Shown here one piece after another: positions 40,073 to 48,838 of a DNA stretch of 64,000 bases. The DNA is from Patescibacteria group bacterium. Its GTDB lineage: Bacteria; Patescibacteriota; Patescibacteriia; Patescibacteriales; UBA12075. The position numbers and the translations under genes were made by a program. The notes under the pieces are model-generated. The model was not told where the DNA came from and searched no databases. It was given only the letters and a program-made list of their open reading frames with translations. The DNA is taken from the NCBI GenBank assembly GCA_018897195.1, contig JAHILH010000001.1:412565-476564 (forward strand). Direction: 5' to 3'. Position 1 is the stretch's first letter; each line of letters starts with the position of its first letter.

Positions 40073-40351
40073 TTAGTATTGTTCGGTTATGTTTCCGTCA
40101 GTCTTGTTTACCAATTCATATCTCTTGAAAAGATAAACGCTAATAACAGTTCCTACAGCACAACCAGCCGCATAAATAAAGGCGATTCGCCAATTACTTA
40201 TGTCACCAACAATTTGCTGTAAAACATAATACCAAATAAGTACATTAACCATAGTGATTGCACCGGATGCCAAGACTTGAGTCTTTGTCACAACTTTTGT
40301 CCAAGCCGTCACTATCACCATTTCGATAACGCCGATAAAAAATAGTGTCAT
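40073..40351 (-). CDS. Small membrane protein (DUF5698-like)
   Basis: Three hydrophobic helices; YAAGCAVGT motif. Confidence 0.6.
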   Translation of the reverse strand: MTLFFIGVIEMVIVTAWTKVVTKTQVLASGAITMVNVLIWYYVLQQIVGDISNWRIAFIYAAGCAVGTVISVYLFKRYELVNKTDGNITEQY

Positions 40352-40562
40352 ATGGTTAAAACAGTTTAATTAAGTTTTTTTTATAAAAGTTCGACCTTTC
40401 TTTTATCAATAAACAAAAAACGTCCCAGGCCATTAAAGCTGAAACGCTTCTGATTAAGATATTTGCATTATAAAACATTTCCACGCTGTCGTCAATTTAT
40501 AAGTCAAGAAACCAAACAAAACTGCAAAATGTTGATATTATTTTACCAATATTAAATAAATA

Positions 40563-41534
40563 TTATTTCAAAATAAAATTGAAAAGATAACCAGTAAAAA
40601 TAATGCCCACCCCAACCGTGCTGGCAAAAATAACAATAAGTCTCGTCCTCATCACCTTTTTTAAAATCATAAATTCCGGCAAAGACAGAGCGGTCACCGC
40701 CATCATAAAAGCAAGGGTCGTGCCCATGCTTACACCCTTTTCAGTTAAGGCACTAACAAGCGGAATCACGCCAGCCGCGTTAGAGTACAGCGGAATACCA
40801 ATTAAAGTTGCCAAGGGCACGGCATACCACTTATCTGATCCGGCATATTGCGCTAGAAAATCTGTCGGCACATAGCCGTGAATCCAAGCCCCCAAACCAA
40901 TACCAATGATAATATACGGCCAAACTTTTTTAACAATATCAAGTGTATAATCCCAAGAGAACTCTCGTCGCTCCTTGGTGGTCATCTTCATCAGGGGCAT
41001 AACATTCGCCTGCGCTCTATTTTTGTTAATAAAATCTGCCAATAAATGCTCAACATTAAAAAAACCGATTGCCAGACCGGAAAAAATCGCGATCATCAGA
41101 CCACTAACAATATAAATCACTGCAATCTTCCAGCCAAACATCCCCATCAATAAAACCAAGGCCACTTCATTAATCATTGGCGATGATACTAGAAAAGAAA
41201 AAGTCACACCTAACGGCACGCCAGCTTCCACAAAACCAAGAAACAACGGCACAGCGCTACACGAACAAAAGGGCGTGATAATGCCAAACAAAGACGCCAA
41301 CACGTGACCGAAATATTTATTTTTGTGCGACAAAATGCCCCGGATCTTTTCTGGCGGTAAGTAGGTACGGAGAAACGACACGGCATAGATAATCACCACC
41401 AAGAGTAAAAAAACTTTAATAACATCAAAAATGAAATAATCGATTACTTCACCAACATGCGTTTCTGGATCAAGACTTAATAAACTGAATGAAATCCAAT
41501 CAGCTAATAATTGCACTGGATAAAAAATACTCAT
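40563..41534 (-). CDS. ArsP/DUF318 permease
   Basis: TPFCSCSAVP, SPMINE and GIPLYSN motifs; start moved to MSIFYP. Confidence 0.9.
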   Translation of the reverse strand: MSIFYPVQLLADWISFSLLSLDPETHVGEVIDYFIFDVIKVFLLLVVIIYAVSFLRTYLPPEKIRGILSHKNKYFGHVLASLFGIITPFCSCSAVPLFLGFVEAGVPLGVTFSFLVSSPMINEVALVLLMGMFGWKIAVIYIVSGLMIAIFSGLAIGFFNVEHLLADFINKNRAQANVMPLMKMTTKERREFSWDYTLDIVKKVWPYIIIGIGLGAWIHGYVPTDFLAQYAGSDKWYAVPLATLIGIPLYSNAAGVIPLVSALTEKGVSMGTTLAFMMAVTALSLPEFMILKKVMRTRLIVIFASTVGVGIIFTGYLFNFILK

Positions 41535-41538
41535 AAAT

Positions 41539-41832
41539 TTACCATCTATCATTGCCGCAAGCGCAAGTGCCAATACGGACGTCCGGCTTTTTCTTTTTAT
41601 TCGAACCCAGTAGCTCTTTTATTTTTTCCAAACTTGGAAATTGTCCAGCCGTAATCACCTTACCATCTATTACCAAAACCGGGCTCGACATCACACCCAA
41701 GGCGAGAATTTTTTCCATGTCATTTATATACTCAACTTCAACCTCGAGATTAAGTTCAATAGCCGCTTGCCTAGTGCGTTCATACAGTTTTTTACAGGTC
41801 GGACAACCAGTGCCCAAAACTTGAATGTTCAT
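41539..41832 (-). CDS. Small thioredoxin-family protein (MTH895/ArsE-like)
   Basis: IQVLGTGCPTC and GVMSSPVLVIDG; extra CACG tail. Confidence 0.88.
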   Translation of the reverse strand: MNIQVLGTGCPTCKKLYERTRQAAIELNLEVEVEYINDMEKILALGVMSSPVLVIDGKVITAGQFPSLEKIKELLGSNKKKKPDVRIGTCACGNDRW

Positions 41833-41836
41833 AGTT

Positions 41837-42145
41837 TTACTTGATTAATTTATTAAATAATAGCTTGTATTCTTTTAAGACTTTTTTATTAACGCTATAA
41901 CGAATAAAATTCCCCTCTCGCTTCTCAGTCACTAAACCGACTTTCTTCATCTGCCCCAGATGGTGCGAAGTTAATTTTTGCGAAATCCCAATATCAGCAA
42001 AAATATCCGAAACACATCGAGGTTTATCTTCAAGGATACACAAAATTCGAAGGCGATTCTTGTCAGCAATGATTTTCAAAAAATCATATACTCGACTCAC
42101 CTCTTTTTCTTCTGTCGTATTTTTTGTGCAACACTTGAACTCCAT
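41837..42145 (-). CDS. ArsR/SmtB family regulator
   Basis: ADKNRLRILC, CVSDI, SQKLTSHHL; N-terminal CC. Confidence 0.9.
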   Translation of the reverse strand: MEFKCCTKNTTEEKEVSRVYDFLKIIADKNRLRILCILEDKPRCVSDIFADIGISQKLTSHHLGQMKKVGLVTEKREGNFIRYSVNKKVLKEYKLLFNKLIK

Positions 42146-42153
42146 AAAAAAAC

Positions 42154-42175
42154 TATACTAATTTATATTAGTATA
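42154..42175. promoter_or_regulatory. Palindromic operator candidate in front of the second arsR
   Basis: TATACTAAT-TTAT-ATTAGTATA, 8 nt upstream of the start codon. Confidence 0.5.
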
Positions 42176-42549
42176 GTAGCAAAATTATATTTAAGCGTCA
42201 AGTTGTTGTCAATCCATAATCCATATTTGAAAAAATTAGTTACTTGATATGTGCTTAATATATCAAGAATTAATCAATGAATCTGAATTTATATAAAAAA
42301 TCACTTCCTCAATTTTGTCTGAATATTACTAAATTCCAAACCGAAATATTTCATCATCTCAACAGCCGTTTAAAATGTCTGAATTATAAGTTGAGCTAGG
42401 AAAATTATATAACAAAGGTTAATTTGCAAATAAAAAAGCCTTTTGGTTTCATCCAAAAGGCTTTATTAGTTTCGGAAAAAAATGCAGTTATTTGCAATAA
42501 AAAAATACTCCGCTTGAGTAAACTTATTGCAACTACCTTGTCCGCCTTA

Positions 42550-42792
42550 TTAATGAAAATCGGGATCAGCATCTTCATCGTCTTCGTGTTTAAGCCGCGC
42601 TTGAAGATTTTCCAAAATTACCGCTGGATCATCACTTTCTACGGCCATTTTTTTAAGCGATATGCCTACCCTTTCAAAATTACTCTCAATTGACTTGGGT
42701 CTCGGCCCCTCGATCATATGAAGCTCATATCCGAAGCGACCAGGCATAAAAACAACCTTTAATAAAGATAAACAGCTGACTCCATTATTCAT
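42550..42792 (-). CDS. Small hypothetical protein
   Basis: ATG at 42792 preceded by AAGGAGG; acidic C-terminus; terminator-like hairpin at about 42435-42465. Confidence 0.6.
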   Translation of the reverse strand: MNNGVSCLSLLKVVFMPGRFGYELHMIEGPRPKSIESNFERVGISLKKMAVESDDPAVILENLQARLKHEDDEDADPDFH

Positions 42793-42926
42793 TTCGCGCC
42801 TCCTTTTTATTTTTAAAAAAGAACTACACCATTTATCAATATTCACAAAAAAAATACTGCAAATATCTTATTCACAGTATAGCATATTTTATTTACTATG
42901 TTTATACACCTAAACCAAGACGCATT

Positions 42927-43463
42927 CTAACCTCTTGCGAGGGACGTAATAACAAGTAAGCCAAAAGTATTTAGAAAAAATGACACCACGACAAACTGCC
43001 AACGCTTTATCTTGCTCAACCCCATTAGACTGATACCAATTTCATCTGGAAAGGGTGAGGCGATTATAACTGCGCCAATAATCGGCATTAGCCAAATAAA
43101 ATATTGTGAATTATAAACTCGCAAAAACAACGGTCTTTTAAAGAAACTAAAAAGGGGTTTTATTTCGTCAAAAAAGCCGTCTCTTAAAAAGCTGAAGATC
43201 AAAGCATCACCTATAACTGCACCCAGGCCGGCAAAGACGGCTACCTCCCAAGGATTTAATGTCTGGGCTAAATAATAAACAACCAAAGCGGATGGCACAA
43301 CTGTAAACGTTGAAACAAAAAAAACGCCGGCGATAAGGGCACCAAAATAACCCCATTCCCCTAACTTACCAACCACCTCTTTCATAAGAACTGAGTCTGC
43401 CGCAAAGTACAAAATTATTAAACTAAGTACGAGAAAAAACGTATTTTTATATTTCCATTTCAT
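42927..43463 (-). CDS. Membrane protein (DedA/VTT-like)
   Basis: Multi-TM; GAVIGD and ASPFPDEIG motifs. Confidence 0.65.
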   Translation of the reverse strand: MKWKYKNTFFLVLSLIILYFAADSVLMKEVVGKLGEWGYFGALIAGVFFVSTFTVVPSALVVYYLAQTLNPWEVAVFAGLGAVIGDALIFSFLRDGFFDEIKPLFSFFKRPLFLRVYNSQYFIWLMPIIGAVIIASPFPDEIGISLMGLSKIKRWQFVVVSFFLNTFGLLVITSLARG

Positions 43464-43821
43464 ATTTTAAGCTTTATTAAATAAACTTTTTATGCTACTA
43501 AAAAATTGAACCAACCTGTCACTTCACAATCAGCCACATGACAGTTTCAAATAACTCGCTAAATATATCAAACAAGAATATATATACATTTTAGCACACA
43601 TTGATCGTTTAAACAATTGTATTATAAACAAATTTAATCATCTTATAGCCTTCTCTGGATTAGCATCCCTCGCGTGTTCAGTAATGGCAATAAACTCATT
43701 TTTCATATTTTTTAATATTATTATTTTCTTTTATTATATCACAAATACCATTTCTCGTCAGATAAATAAAAAGCGACCTTTAGCGGTCGCCTTTGTTAAT
43801 TTTTTTTATGATATTCAATTT

Positions 43822-44013
43822 TTATTCAGCCGTTGTTTCCTTGCTGGATTGAGTTGCAGCTGCTGCTGCTTTACCAGCGGCTGAGATTGTCACCGTATCG
43901 CGATTATCCCGCGTAACCGGCCCTTGCTGTGCTTCCTTATCAGGACCCATTTGTTTTGCATAAGCATTTGTGACCAAACCGACTGTATTAGCAGCAATTA
44001 AACCCACATCCAT
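43822..44013 (-). CDS. 63-aa hypothetical protein with DTVTIS motif
   Basis: AAGGAG SD; TTGACA-N17-TACGAT promoter at 44057-44085; hairpin at about 43768-43794. Confidence 0.7.
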   Translation of the reverse strand: MDVGLIAANTVGLVTNAYAKQMGPDKEAQQGPVTRDNRDTVTISAAGKAAAAATQSSKETTAE

Positions 44014-44239
44014 GGCAAATCTCCTTTAAGTTAACTTAATAATGAACGATTTTTACATCGTACTGTAATTTACAGCGATTGTCAAGCCATTACAAAATAG
44101 CTAATTCTAAATAAAGCATTTGTAAATGAAGATTATGTAATAAAAAAGCACAATTTTTACAATAAAATTGCGCAAAAAATAAGGCTAAAATTTGCCTTAT
44201 TTTTTTTATACATATAGCACTATACCAATTCTTACATCT

Positions 44240-44833
44240 TTATTTCTTCTCATTAATCATCTCCTTAATCAACTGCACAATCCCTTCTATGTCCAGACCA
44301 CTCCTCCAGAGAGCCAAAGTTTTTTCTCTGTATTTTTTATGAACATCCCACCCTGGTTCCCAGATATCAGAAAAAACATCCTGATTTATAACAGTAATCA
44401 CTTCCTTAATTTCCTCAAAATCATCATGACTACACCCTATTTTTTTACAAAAATCATAGTAATATTTTCTAAAAATATAGTGTGCCGATTCATGAACAAT
44501 AACTCCCTTAATCTTTTCGCGGTTTGTAAAATTCATTGAAATGGAAATATGTCCAGATGGATAACCATCCATTGAATACGGGCTCGTATTCACAAAACAC
44601 TTTACATCATTAGGGAATTCGATCTTATAAATCTTTTTAATACCCGCCATAAAATCATCACCCATTTCATCCCAAACCTCCCTATATAATACTGCTCTTT
44701 CCCGCGCCTTCACTGTACCCCTATCAGTTATATGATATTCCTGTGGAAAAAAATGACCAAAAAGCACACCAGCTTTTATTATTCGCTGCCAACACTCTTC
44801 ATCGATTTGTTTATTGTATGTAAAATTAAACAT
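44240..44833 (-). CDS. HExxH-motif protein (putative metallopeptidase)
   Basis: VIVHESAHY with downstream EEIKE. Confidence 0.6.
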   Translation of the reverse strand: MFNFTYNKQIDEECWQRIIKAGVLFGHFFPQEYHITDRGTVKARERAVLYREVWDEMGDDFMAGIKKIYKIEFPNDVKCFVNTSPYSMDGYPSGHISISMNFTNREKIKGVIVHESAHYIFRKYYYDFCKKIGCSHDDFEEIKEVITVINQDVFSDIWEPGWDVHKKYREKTLALWRSGLDIEGIVQLIKEMINEKK

Positions 44834-44840
44834 ATTATTT

Positions 44841-44871
44841 AAAAAAGGGGCGCGTAATTTCTTACCGCCCC
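44841..44871 (-). terminator. Intrinsic terminator after the peptide gene
   Basis: Minus strand GGGGCG-GTAAGAAATTAC-GCGCCCC-TTTTTT. Confidence 0.75.
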
Positions 44872-44890
44872 CACGTTCACGCCCAAAGGC

Positions 44891-45031
44891 CTATTCTTCG
44901 CAATCGTCCCCGCCGCCCTCGCAAACGCAGATGTTTTCATCGTTGTGCAATGACTTGTGTCCGACTATCGGACTTGTAGGAGCTAATTGCTCCCCCTTAA
45001 ACAGTTTTTGATACAAGTCTTGTGCCTTCAT
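44891..45031 (-). CDS. 46-aa putative RiPP precursor peptide (not in ORF track)
   Basis: MKAQDLYQKLFKGEQLAPTSPIVGHKSLHNDENICVCEGGGDDCEE; AAGGAGGAG SD 6 nt upstream; 17 nt after the rSAM stop. Confidence 0.8.
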   Translation of the reverse strand: MKAQDLYQKLFKGEQLAPTSPIVGHKSLHNDENICVCEGGGDDCEE

Positions 45032-45048
45032 TTCATACTCCTCCTTCA

Positions 45049-46071
45049 TTATTTATTGTTGCCAAGAAGCTCTGAAGCTTCCCGGTAAAGCCAATGGATT
45101 CTGCAGCCACCGCCACAGAATTTCCACTGAGAACAATTGACACACTTTTCATGCGGACAACTCGAAACTGCCGCATAAAAATCTCTAACATCTTCTTTTT
45201 TTCTAAAGAGCAAGAATTCTTCAGCCGTTTTAAAATCACCCCCCATTTCTCCAAGTGGGTTATCGCAAAATTGATTGCATGGTAACAATCGGCCTCTCGT
45301 GTCTAATATTATACCACTACCCCTAAACATTTGGCAACCGGAAATCAATTGTTTTTTATTCGCCAACTCATCAATAAAGGCAGGCGGAAAAAGACAGAAC
45401 GGCAGCGTAATTTTTACCGTGGTCTTCATTCCACAAGTATCTACCTTTGGGTAAATCTTGCAAAAGAAATCAGCCATTTCTTGCGGAGAAGCTGATCCAG
45501 AAAACTGTGCTTCGTTATTAAGGATAACCGGACGCTCCATATCAAGGGCAAGTCTTTTTGCTCCACTCTTGACTACAGCCCCCAACAACTCATCGAATTC
45601 ATTAAACATGCTCCCGCAAACTGTCACCGAAATCTTATGTGACACTCCTGACTCCTCTATGTTCGCGATTGCTTCCATAACATCATTAAAAACATCGACT
45701 CCGGTCAACCTACGATACTGCTCACCACTGCCAGCCTTAAACGATGTTGTAATTCCATCAATACCCGCCGTCAAGGCTGCCCGCAGAAACTGCTTATCCG
45801 CCAGTCTTACCGCATTTGTAACCAAAACAGGTCTCATGCCGGCTTCACGTATAAGACCAACAATCTCAAGAAATTGAGGATGAATCGTTGGTTCGCCACC
45901 AATCAATATAATGTTTTTTAGGGAAAGCTCCTTGAAAAGCTTTATTGCCTGAATAACTGTACCCAGGCTCATATCCTCCCTAGAAGAAAAATTCATCGTT
46001 CTCCCGTAACACCATTTGCAGCGCATATTGCACGCCCTATTTATTGTCAACCAAGCAGTCGTAAAATTCAC
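45049..46071 (-). CDS. Radical SAM enzyme with SPASM domain
   Basis: CNMRCKWC, GGEP, GCQM...LLPC and CVNCSQWKFCGGGC; GTG start at 46071 after AAGGAGG. Confidence 0.92.
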   Translation of the reverse strand: MNFTTAWLTINRACNMRCKWCYGRTMNFSSREDMSLGTVIQAIKLFKELSLKNIILIGGEPTIHPQFLEIVGLIREAGMRPVLVTNAVRLADKQFLRAALTAGIDGITTSFKAGSGEQYRRLTGVDVFNDVMEAIANIEESGVSHKISVTVCGSMFNEFDELLGAVVKSGAKRLALDMERPVILNNEAQFSGSASPQEMADFFCKIYPKVDTCGMKTTVKITLPFCLFPPAFIDELANKKQLISGCQMFRGSGIILDTRGRLLPCNQFCDNPLGEMGGDFKTAEEFLLFRKKEDVRDFYAAVSSCPHEKCVNCSQWKFCGGGCRIHWLYREASELLGNNK

Positions 46072-46269
46072 AGTACACCCTCCTTTTTTTATAATTTTAA
46101 AAGTACGAATCAATCAGAAATTACCATCCTTTACCAAGTATGTCAATAAAAAAAAGACAAAATTAACAGCTTCTTGCTGAACATAAAAAAATGACTAATT
46201 TTAGCCATATTTTTTACATAATATTCCACCCCGACAAACGCTAGTGTTTATTCTGCATGAAAGTATTAT

Positions 46270-48045
46270 TTATACCAATTCTTCCATCTCAATTTCAAGC
46301 TCTAATAACTTATCTTCTTGATAATAAATAGAATCCTTAAGCTGTTTCATTCTAACATCCCTTTCCCGGTCAAATTTAAAATTATCAGCTTCGTATTCTG
46401 CGAGCAATTTCTGTTCCAGGGCTTTGTCATATTCAATACCCTTCTCAATCTTGCCCAGTTCTTTTTTTAATTCCTTTCTTTTTTCCTGTTTCGCCTTGCG
46501 CGCCTCTTTGTCGTCTTCCCTGATTGCTTGTTGCTCAGCACTTTGATTGGGGGCGCCAAGACCGGCTTTCATGTAAAGCTCGTGCAGATAATCATCGTAT
46601 TTCAGTTTACTAAATTTCACAACACCCTCGCCCACTTCAATAATCTTGTCAGCCACGGCGTGAATAAATTCTCGATTATGACTAATGAATAAAATTGTCG
46701 CCTTACTCTTACTTAAGGCGTCAGCCAAAGTGGTGACGGTTTCGAAATCCAAGTGATTAGTCGGTTCGTCCAGTAATAAAACATTACACTCCTGCAAAAG
46801 AATACCGGCGATGCATAGGCGTGCTTTTTCACCGCCCGAAAGCATGGCAATTGTTTTCTTAATATCATCACCGTAAAACAAAAAATTACCGGCAATGCGA
46901 TAGACATCCTCAATATTTGAGCTGACTCCAGCTTGCCGTTCCAAATACTCACCCACCTGTTCACGAGGATTCATTCCACTTGTCACATGTTGGTCATAGT
47001 AAGCAATTTTCGTTTTATATGCCCAGGCAAATTCACCTGACAGGACAGGTAGCTCGCCATTCAAGGTTTTTAAAAAAGTGGTTTTACCTTGACCATTGTC
47101 GCCCAAGACTGCCACGTGATCACCACGACGAATATCGAGTGCGGAAATGTCGGCGATTTTTTTACCCGCGTAACCAATGCTCAAACTATCCAAATTAAAA
47201 GCAAAGCCACTCTTGTTAGCCACATCCGGAATAACAATCTGCGCTGTCTTTAAAGACTGCCGAATTGAAACTTCGGACAAGCGCTTCAACTGCTTCATTT
47301 TTGACTGCGCCATTGACGCCTTGGAAGCCTGGTATTTGAATCGATCAACAAAATCCTGCAACTGTTTTTTCTGTGCCTTTATTTTCTTATTATATTTCTC
47401 ATCTGTCTTATCTTTTAATTCTTTTTGTGCCAAGTAGGCATCAAGCGAACATGGAAAAAAATACAGCTTACCCTGATCCACCTCCAAAGTTTTATCACAA
47501 GTCGAGCGCAAAAACTCCCGGTCATGCGAGATGACCATATACGAACCGTTATAAGTTTTCAAAAATTCTTCCAAAAGCAAGAGCGTGCTCAAGTCCAAAT
47601 GGTTGGTCGGCTCATCGAGCAACAAAAGATTCGGATCCCGCAACAACATCGCTGTCAATTTGACCCGCATTCGATAGCCACCCGAGAGCGCACTAATCTT
47701 GCTATCCAATAATTCATTCTTCAAGCGAAAGGCTCCTGCCACCTTCGCACACTCCCAAGTCTCCTTACCACTATCCCGTTCCAAAAAGCCAATGACTGTA
47801 TCAGTATCCAAAAACTTCTCCTGTTGCTCTAAGTACCCAATCCGCGTCCCATCAAACACGGCAATCTCCCCACTATCAATCTTCTCCTCCCCCAACAACA
47901 TTTTAAACAAGGTGGTCTTCCCCGCCCCATTTCGCCCAATAATCCCAATCCGCTGTTTTTTGGCCACATAAAAAGTAGCCTCATCAAAAATGACATGAGG
48001 CCCGAAAGATTTTGAGATTTTGTTAATATTTATTAATCCGGACAT
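46270..48045 (-). CDS. ABC-F family ATPase
   Basis: Two NBDs (GRNGAGKT, LSGG, DEPTNHLD; GDNGQGKT, LSGGEK, DEPTNHLD), no TM, C-terminal coiled coil. Confidence 0.93.
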   Translation of the reverse strand: MSGLININKISKSFGPHVIFDEATFYVAKKQRIGIIGRNGAGKTTLFKMLLGEEKIDSGEIAVFDGTRIGYLEQQEKFLDTDTVIGFLERDSGKETWECAKVAGAFRLKNELLDSKISALSGGYRMRVKLTAMLLRDPNLLLLDEPTNHLDLSTLLLLEEFLKTYNGSYMVISHDREFLRSTCDKTLEVDQGKLYFFPCSLDAYLAQKELKDKTDEKYNKKIKAQKKQLQDFVDRFKYQASKASMAQSKMKQLKRLSEVSIRQSLKTAQIVIPDVANKSGFAFNLDSLSIGYAGKKIADISALDIRRGDHVAVLGDNGQGKTTFLKTLNGELPVLSGEFAWAYKTKIAYYDQHVTSGMNPREQVGEYLERQAGVSSNIEDVYRIAGNFLFYGDDIKKTIAMLSGGEKARLCIAGILLQECNVLLLDEPTNHLDFETVTTLADALSKSKATILFISHNREFIHAVADKIIEVGEGVVKFSKLKYDDYLHELYMKAGLGAPNQSAEQQAIREDDKEARKAKQEKRKELKKELGKIEKGIEYDKALEQKLLAEYEADNFKFDRERDVRMKQLKDSIYYQEDKLLELEIEMEELV

Positions 48046-48231
48046 ATTATTTTATTTTTATTATTCTTAATAGTTATTATATTTCATTGTTTCAATAAAC
48101 ACAATTAAAATAAAAAAGGCTAAAATGGTCTTATTTTCATTATTTGCCAAATCATTGGCAATGTTAAAACCAAAAGAAAAGCTGTTGCACAATAAGTTAT
48201 GCAACAGCCAATTTGTTCAAGGAATTTTTAA

Positions 48232-48630
48232 CTATTCCCACGTTGATGCTATTTTTTCCCATTCCTCTTTTGTAGGCTCAGGAGCAATAGTCTTTACTCC
48301 ATTTTCGTCGAACCTGACAAAGCTCATGTTCATCTTAACCCCAGGACCAGACTTTCCATTCATATTGATATGCGTGTCCAAATTCCTGGGATACCAATTG
48401 CCGTCCAAGTCCTTTACCAGGTGAACGTTTGCCAAAAAGCCATGTCTCTTCTTTGTTTCAAGAATTTCCAGTTGACCGTAAGTATCTACGCTCAAGAAGT
48501 CGCCACAGTCCGTGGAATCAACCGTCACACCGGCAAAGCGAACTTTTTGATTCAGTACTTCTTCAATGTGCTGTTGCGAAATTGACATTGCCAAACATCT
48601 TGAATCCGTAATTCTCATTTTCGTTGCCAT
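48232..48630 (-). CDS. Hypothetical protein
   Basis: 132-aa ORF with AAGGAG SD and TTGACA/TGCTATAGT promoter upstream. Confidence 0.65.
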   Translation of the reverse strand: MATKMRITDSRCLAMSISQQHIEEVLNQKVRFAGVTVDSTDCGDFLSVDTYGQLEILETKKRHGFLANVHLVKDLDGNWYPRNLDTHINMNGKSGPGVKMNMSFVRFDENGVKTIAPEPTKEEWEKIASTWE

Positions 48631-48838
48631 TGTCGACTCTCCTTTTGTTTGAAAAAGATTGATGAAATATCAACTACTATCGTTAGGATAGTATTGCTAC
48701 TATAGCATAGAATTAATTATTTGTCAATGTTAGACAGGAAATATTCCATGGTAAATTCTGTGAAACAAAAAATAAGGCTAAATTAGCCTTATTTTTAATT
48801 TATATCAAACCTCTCGGGAGAAAATCACGCCCCAAAAA

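Noticed and set aside
43639..43707. 22-codon minus-strand ORF MKNEFIAITEHARDANPEKAIR
   Set aside because: No motif or supporting signal; could be chance or a gene scar.
44814..45254. Track ORFs 44814-45011 (+) and 45033-45254 (-) as the rSAM substrate
   Set aside because: One is antisense and the other is out of frame inside the rSAM gene; the SD-led 44891-45031 ORF fits far better. The ATG at 45036 gives only Met-Lys-stop.
46270..48045. ABC protein as exporter for the peptide
   Set aside because: It is an ABC-F with no TM domain, and is separated from the rSAM gene by a hairpin and a new promoter.
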